A stretch of DNA of 63,351 bases, counting the filler, from an uncultured Chlamydiae bacterium (GTDB lineage Bacteria > Chlamydiota > Chlamydiia > Chlamydiales > SM23-39), in the NCBI GenBank assembly GCA_937899275.1. It is 8 parts of 8 records of this genome, joined end to end, with 100 filler letters (N's around TTAATTAATTAA, not from the genome) between each part and the next. Parts side by side here need not be neighbours in the genome. Positions count along the whole stretch, not along the records: positions 56,991 to 61,941 come from CALBPE010000035.1; positions 62,042 to 63,351 come from CALBPE010000044.1; 6 more parts are not named here. One strand, given 5' to 3'. The notes beneath the pieces are model-generated. The model was not told the origin of the DNA and did no database searches. It saw only the letters and a list, made by a program, of their open reading frames with translations. Of the stretch, positions 58,236 to 63,351 are shown piece after piece (the stretch's first letter is position 1; each line of letters starts with the position of its first letter). The position numbers and the translations under genes were made by a program.

Positions 58236-59195
58236 TTAATGATTTTCTGAAGGAAGAGGAATCGATGCCCACTTTCTAAAATCGGTGATCGCATGCTGCG
58301 GGGTTTGTGGATTTTCAATCAGGTACTGATTTAAAAATGCCTCTGCCCACTCTCTAAGATCACCAAATGTTGCCTCTGGCTGGGATAAAAACCCACGCAA
58401 CTTCGCAATCAGCTCTTTTAAAAGAAGTACTCCATCTTGTAAAGGCTCCACCTTATTTTGGTAGGTTGACTGGACATAGCGCTGCAAGGTGCTGACCGTT
58501 TTTTTATAGTGCGCATTTTCTGAAATCAAACGAAGGTTTTCTTTTTCCCGGTGGTTTTTGGCCATATCATATTTATTACCAGCTACTTTGTATTTCGCTA
58601 CTAAATTATTAGAGCTGCCGTTACAAAGCTCTTCCACGCATCCAGAGGTCTCATCAATAGGAGTTCCTTCCGCTGTTTTTAGTCCATGTTTTTTGATAAA
58701 CCAAGCCCAAGTGTCTTTGTCATTAGAAGCCGCAGCTACGCCAAAGTCGCCGGCGACATTTTCTGCTCTTCTCCACCAGTAGTCGCGGTTTTTCTCATCA
58801 TAGCTGATATCGGTGTTATTTTGACGAATCACCATTTTATTTCTATCGATTAAGGCTTTATCTTTATCAATCGTTTTTTCCCACTCATCGATTGCTCTTT
58901 GAAATTTATGAATACTTGTGATCTCGTCTCTTGTGACTTGCTCCAGCTCTTCAATCGAGCGTTCGATTTTTGCTTTTTTCAAAAGCTTTTCAGAGTTTAA
59001 AGGTAAAAACCTTTCAGGATCAAATAGATAAGACTGGGGCACTTCCCCTGCTGCATAACTTTTTGCATCTTCTTTTATGTGTTCTTCTCGATCAATCACA
59101 TCGAGGCTCTCACCTACTTCTGCAGAGGCGCTCTCCGAGTTGTCTGCAGCGCGCTCTTCCCAGTTTTCTCCTGCTGGATCTTGTATATCGGACAT
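58236..59195 (-). CDS. hypothetical coiled-coil protein
   Basis: 319-aa ORF, GGGAGGGA RBS, own terminator; acidic N-terminus. Confidence 0.8.
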   Translation of the reverse strand: MSDIQDPAGENWEERAADNSESASAEVGESLDVIDREEHIKEDAKSYAAGEVPQSYLFDPERFLPLNSEKLLKKAKIERSIEELEQVTRDEITSIHKFQRAIDEWEKTIDKDKALIDRNKMVIRQNNTDISYDEKNRDYWWRRAENVAGDFGVAAASNDKDTWAWFIKKHGLKTAEGTPIDETSGCVEELCNGSSNNLVAKYKVAGNKYDMAKNHREKENLRLISENAHYKKTVSTLQRYVQSTYQNKVEPLQDGVLLLKELIAKLRGFLSQPEATFGDLREWAEAFLNQYLIENPQTPQHAITDFRKWASIPLPSENH

Positions 59196-59358
59196 AGCTT
59201 CCCTCCCTTATCCTAATATATTGGCAAATCATCTTAGCCAACTTAATTAAATTAACATCCCCTTTAATTGTATTTTTACTAATAAATAGTTTTTAAATCA
59301 AACAATTAATAATTTTAATTTTAAAAATAAAATCAGATTATAAGAAAACAAAAACCCC

Positions 59359-59387
59359 TTGCAAAATATTCATTTGAAAAATAGGAT
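59359..59387 (+). promoter_or_regulatory. putative sigma66 promoter of the zeta-like gene
   Basis: TTGCAA-17 nt-TAGGAT. Confidence 0.5.
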
Positions 59388-59418
59388 ACGTGGGAAAAAT
59401 ATTATCCAAGGCTTAAAT

Positions 59419-60360
59419 ATGAAAAAATGGACCGCTACCCTATTAACTATTCTACATTTTTGCATTTTGCCAATAACACTCTCAGCAGAAGGGTATCTAT
59501 TTTTCTCACCTAAATCCATCGCCTCTCACCTTCAGGGATACAATGAAGTAGAAAAATCTGCCATCGCAAAAGACTTAACAGCGATTCGAGAGATCTGCCT
59601 GCAGCATCAAGAAAGCGCAGCCCAAAAGCGCCCGTTATACATCGCAACTGCAGGCGCTCCTGGAGCGCGAAAAAGCACAATTTTAGAAAGATTTTTAGCA
59701 AGCTCTCCCCTATTTGCAGAAGTGTGCTATATCGATCCCGACCAAAGGGGGTTAAAGTTTATGGCGCATACTTACTATAGCCAATCTCTATCCAATAGGG
59801 TAACTGCTGACTACAAGGAGTATACAGAAGCCAGAAAAGCCGCCTATGAAAAATGGCGCGGCGCATCAAATTATATTGCACTAACCCTTCTAGAAGAAGC
59901 CTTTTCTGAGAAAAGAGATATCGCCCATGGAACTACCTCAACCGGTGGACATATCTATACATTTTTACCGAAAATAAAAAATGCAGGCTATGAGATCGTT
60001 TTACTTCTTTGTTATTGTAAAGAGTCGTTTCAACGCGAAGCAATCCAGCATAGAAACGAGGTGCAAAAGTTTTATCAATCTACACCTGAAGATGCCATCA
60101 ATAAATCCCTTCTCTTTCCGCAAAGAATGGCGGCTTATTTCCAAAATGCAGATACATTGTATCTTTTTTGGAGCGATGATTTATCTTCTAAAGAAAGACT
60201 TGCCGCAATATACGATAGTGGAAAAATGCAGGTGATAGATCAAGAAGCTTTAGACTGTTTTATCCAAAAATTTTCCTCTGATCGCAAATATTTACAGACC
60301 GAGGGAAAATCCATTCCTAGTTGGAACGAGCTCACTAGCGTGTATTATGACCGCTTTTAA
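59419..60360 (+). CDS. zeta-toxin-like P-loop kinase with predicted signal peptide
   Basis: MKKWTATLLTILHFCILPITLSA; ATAGAPGARKST; YIDPD; AHGTT; KNAGYEI. Confidence 0.7.
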   Translation: MKKWTATLLTILHFCILPITLSAEGYLFFSPKSIASHLQGYNEVEKSAIAKDLTAIREICLQHQESAAQKRPLYIATAGAPGARKSTILERFLASSPLFAEVCYIDPDQRGLKFMAHTYYSQSLSNRVTADYKEYTEARKAAYEKWRGASNYIALTLLEEAFSEKRDIAHGTTSTGGHIYTFLPKIKNAGYEIVLLLCYCKESFQREAIQHRNEVQKFYQSTPEDAINKSLLFPQRMAAYFQNADTLYLFWSDDLSSKERLAAIYDSGKMQVIDQEALDCFIQKFSSDRKYLQTEGKSIPSWNELTSVYYDRF

Positions 60361-60376
60361 GGCCTTTACAAAAACG

Positions 60377-61099
60377 TTAAACGCCCTGAAAACACCTCGC
60401 GCCCACAAGCCAAGTGCGAGCAAAAATAGACTGTCTGTTGCAATTTGAACCTGCTGTATCTGCATTCTTAAAACGCGGGCTATACTGCATTGTAAACGTA
60501 ATCATCGATTGATTGATCTCATCTCGTAATGCTTCTTTTTCAGAATTGAGATCTCCTTGATTCAGACAACCAAAGCGGCATAACTTGTCGGTTTGGTCCC
60601 ATACTTTTTCGATTTGCTCTGGAGATAGCCGCCCTTTCACTGATTGCAGATCTGGAGAATAGTATTTTTTAAATTTTGTAAAAATATACTGGCGCAAATG
60701 AGAAGTATACGTATCGGTATCATCTGTAGCTATCCCTCCAAGCCTGTCCACACAATTTATATAAAGAAGCGCTGCACACTGAACTAAACGATCGCCTGAT
60801 AGCTTAGAATCTGACGCCGAAGAACTTCTACAAGCGCCTGCTTGGCGCATCCCCTTTTGAATCTCCCATATATCTCGAATAGCAATCAAAGAGAGCGCTA
60901 CTACAAAGCCGCTGGCTACTAGACCCAAGGGAGCTGCATAGACAAAAGAGACAACAGATCCGACTACCCCTAAAACAGCTAACGCTACTGTAGCCACTTT
61001 AATGAACGCCAATCGATCCTTAAAGCTTTTTTGCATCGCGCAATGCGAAGGGCGCTCTTTCGGAATAAGAGACTGCGTACAAGAAGGAAGGCTCGACAT
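60377..61099 (-). CDS. Inc-like membrane protein (bilobed hydrophobic segment)
   Basis: ~45-aa hydrophobic hairpin VATVALAVLGVVGSVVSFVYAAPLGLVASGFVVALSLIAI; paralogue next door. Confidence 0.7.
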   Translation of the reverse strand: MSSLPSCTQSLIPKERPSHCAMQKSFKDRLAFIKVATVALAVLGVVGSVVSFVYAAPLGLVASGFVVALSLIAIRDIWEIQKGMRQAGACRSSSASDSKLSGDRLVQCAALLYINCVDRLGGIATDDTDTYTSHLRQYIFTKFKKYYSPDLQSVKGRLSPEQIEKVWDQTDKLCRFGCLNQGDLNSEKEALRDEINQSMITFTMQYSPRFKNADTAGSNCNRQSIFARTWLVGARCFQGV

Positions 61100-61260
61100 A
61101 AAAATCCCTTATTGATTTAAACTACTTATTTTAAAACGTATATGAAAAAAAACAACAAGTTAAAAATAAATTATCACACATTATGATTTAATTATAAAAT
61201 ATACATTATTAAATTAATATGAATAATTAAAATTCGATTTAACAATCATTTCAATATGAA

Positions 61261-61298
61261 ATAAAAAGAGCTAAAACCTGAATAAATTTTAGCTCTTT
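61261..61298 (-). terminator. hairpin after 61331..61941
   Basis: AAAGAGCTAAAA / TTTTAGCTCTTT 12-bp inverted repeat. Confidence 0.55.
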
Positions 61299-61330
61299 GA
61301 CATCTCTAAACAAACTAGAAACTCTTTATC

Positions 61331-61941
61331 TTAAAAGAAGCGCGAACCCACAAGCCAAGCGCGCTGAAAAACGCTGCTATCCTTGAAATCAAATTTTTGT
61401 AGTATCTCATTTTTCAAATCGGGTAGTACGTCAGGATTCTCTAAAGCATACTTAAGCGTATAATTATAAGCGCTTTCCAAGAATATTTTTTTTGTGCCTT
61501 CACTCCAAAAGCTTTTAATAGATCGGTTGTTAGATCCGCAGTGGAGTAAATTAGAAGTCTCGTCAAAAGCAAGTTGTAGATTCTGTTTTTTGTTTATAGC
61601 CGTATGAGCCTCCAGGCTGTAATCATTGAAGCGAGCCTTACTTAAACTCCTAGACAATTCCATTTGATACGGCCCTACCTCTTGTCCTTTCTTTTGTAAA
61701 CATGCTTGATAATGTTCATACACATTCTGATCTTCGGTCTTTGGTGTTACTTTGTTCAGCAGCTCAGTAAAACGTTCAAGCGAGCAGGATAGCTCTAAAT
61801 TTTCAGCAATTTTTTCACTAAACGTCTTTCGAATAATATAGGCCTCTCTAACACAAATAATGGCCACGCCCCCTTTCAATAGACTAGGCAGTATACCTAA
61901 AGGCGCTGCGTAGACAATAGAGGCGGTTAAGCCAACGAGAC
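61331..61941 (-). CDS. Inc-like paralogue, 5' truncated
   Basis: Frame is open to the linker: LVGLTASIVYAAPLGILPSLLKGGVAIICVRE...SVFQRAWLVGSRFF. Confidence 0.7.
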
Positions 61942-62041
61942 NNNNNNNNNNNNNNNNNNNNNNNNNNNNNNNNNNNNNNNNNNNNTTAATTAATTAANNN
62001 NNNNNNNNNNNNNNNNNNNNNNNNNNNNNNNNNNNNNNNNN
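61942..62041. other. artificial contig linker
   Basis: N run with TTAATTAATTAA. Confidence 0.99.
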
Positions 62042-63351
62042 AATGAAGCTTTAGAGGCTGCTAGATCCTACATTCAAGAGACCTTTAGCGCTTCCTATCT
62101 TCCAGATAAGCCTGTTTTGTATTCGAGCAAAAAAAGCGCACAAGAGGCTCATGAAGCCATTAGACCGACAAACTTAAACCATAAGCCGGAAGAGGTGAAA
62201 AGTAGCTTAGATCCAGATCAATACAAACTGTATTGTTTGATTTGGAAAAGATTCATCGCATCTCAAATGAAACCTGCTGTTTATGACACCGTTTCCTGTG
62301 ATATTGAAACAGAAAAAAAAGTTTTGTTTCGAGCTACAGGCGCTGCCATCAAATTCAAGGGGTTTTTAGCTGTATATGAAGAAAAACAAGATCTCAATGA
62401 AGAAGAGGCGTCTAAAACATCTGGTATAGATAAGCTTTTACCCCATTTAGAAGAGGGACAAATGCTTGATTTAGAACAAGCAACATGTACTCAAGCCTTC
62501 ACCAAACCCAAACCCCGCTTTACAGAAGCATCTTTAGTAAAAGAGCTAGAAAAATGTGGGATAGCAAGTCCCTCTACTTTTGCTTCAATCTTGAATAAAA
62601 TCCAAAGTAGAGAGTATACAACCAAAGAAAAAGGGACTCTAAAGCCCACAGAACTTGGTAAAATCATCGCGCAAATGCTCGAAGAGAATTTCACATCGAT
62701 CATGGATATTGGTTTTACTGCAAAAATGGAAGATGCTTTAGAGGCGATTGCAGAAAAAGATGAGCCGTGGAAAGAGCTCATCCGAACATTTTGGAAGGAT
62801 TTTTTCCCCCTTGTAGAAAAAGCAGAAAAAGAAGCCACCGTTCCTAAAATTCTCACCGATCTCGATTGCCCTAAATGTGGACATAAAATACACAAAATCT
62901 GGGCAAAAGATAAATATTTCTACGGCTGCAGCAACTACCCCGACTGTGATTATACAACACCTATAGAAGCGCTCAGCTTCCGCAAAGAAGACTACGCCGA
63001 AGGATTTGATTGGGAGCAAAAATGCCCTGAATGCAAAGAGGATATGACTATCCGCTACGGGAAATTTGGCGCTTTTTTAGGTTGCAGCAAATACCCCGAT
63101 TGTAAGGGAATTGTGAACATCCCTAAAAAAGGGGAAGAAATCCTATCCCATCAAGACGCTCCTAAATGCCCTGCTATCGGCTGCGAGGGGAAAATTCTTC
63201 CTAGAAAATCCCGATTTGGAAAAACTTTTTATTCCTGTTCGACTTTTCCAAACTGCGATGTCATTGTCAATCAGCTAGACGATCTAGAAAAAAAGTATCC
63301 AAACCACGAAAGGACCGCTTACAAAAAAAAGTCGGGAAAAGGAGGGTTTGG
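62042..63351 (+). CDS. topA: DNA topoisomerase I, internal fragment (not in ORF track)
   Basis: AQEAHEAIRPT, LIWKRFIASQM, RFTEASLVKELEK, and C4 zinc ribbons (CPKCG...GCSNYPDC; CPECK...GCSKYPDC). Confidence 0.96.

Noticed and set aside
58145..58318. N-terminal extension of the HAD ORF
   Set aside because: It overlaps the upstream gene and its terminator; the DxD motif places the start at 58144.
2752..62041. Seven identical TTAATTAATTAA palindromes within N runs
   Set aside because: Artificial six-frame-stop linkers used to concatenate contigs; not a biological repeat or CRISPR.
62491..63019. Minus-strand ORFs in the last contig
   Set aside because: Antisense shadows of topA.

Overview
The window is not one contiguous locus. 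It is eight contigs of an AT-rich bacterial genome joined by 100-nt artificial linkers (44 N + TTAATTAATTAA + 44 N) at 2752, 5746, 22302, 35307, 36486, 56891 and 61942, so adjacency across linkers means nothing. Gene content and order point to an environmental Chlamydiota genome or MAG: tatD/exbB-exbD, ftsY-sucCD-htrA-insulinase, gyrB-gyrA-tmk-holB, dxs-xseB-xseA/tpiA, lptG-lptF/tilS-ftsH/pnp-rpsO/tadA, rpmE-prfA-prmC and truA/HAD. Most of it is housekeeping. The notable accessory features are: (1) a ~1550-aa signal-peptide-bearing Rhs protein that stops exactly where the autocleavage site and toxin should begin, with no immunity gene, beside two outer-membrane beta-barrel genes, one split by an in-frame TGA; (2) an intact sucC-sucD pair that has lost most catalytic motifs and is translationally coupled to a site-2 protease; (3) a tandemly duplicated, partly decayed two-gene cassette of a small paralogue family, fused to an IS256 remnant; (4) an Inc-like family with conserved ends and unrelated middles; (5) a zeta-toxin-like P-loop kinase with a signal peptide; (6) a frameshifted trpS fragment beside an ankyrin gene. 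I saw no rRNA, tRNA or CRISPR array. All calls come from reading motifs by eye; no database search was run.
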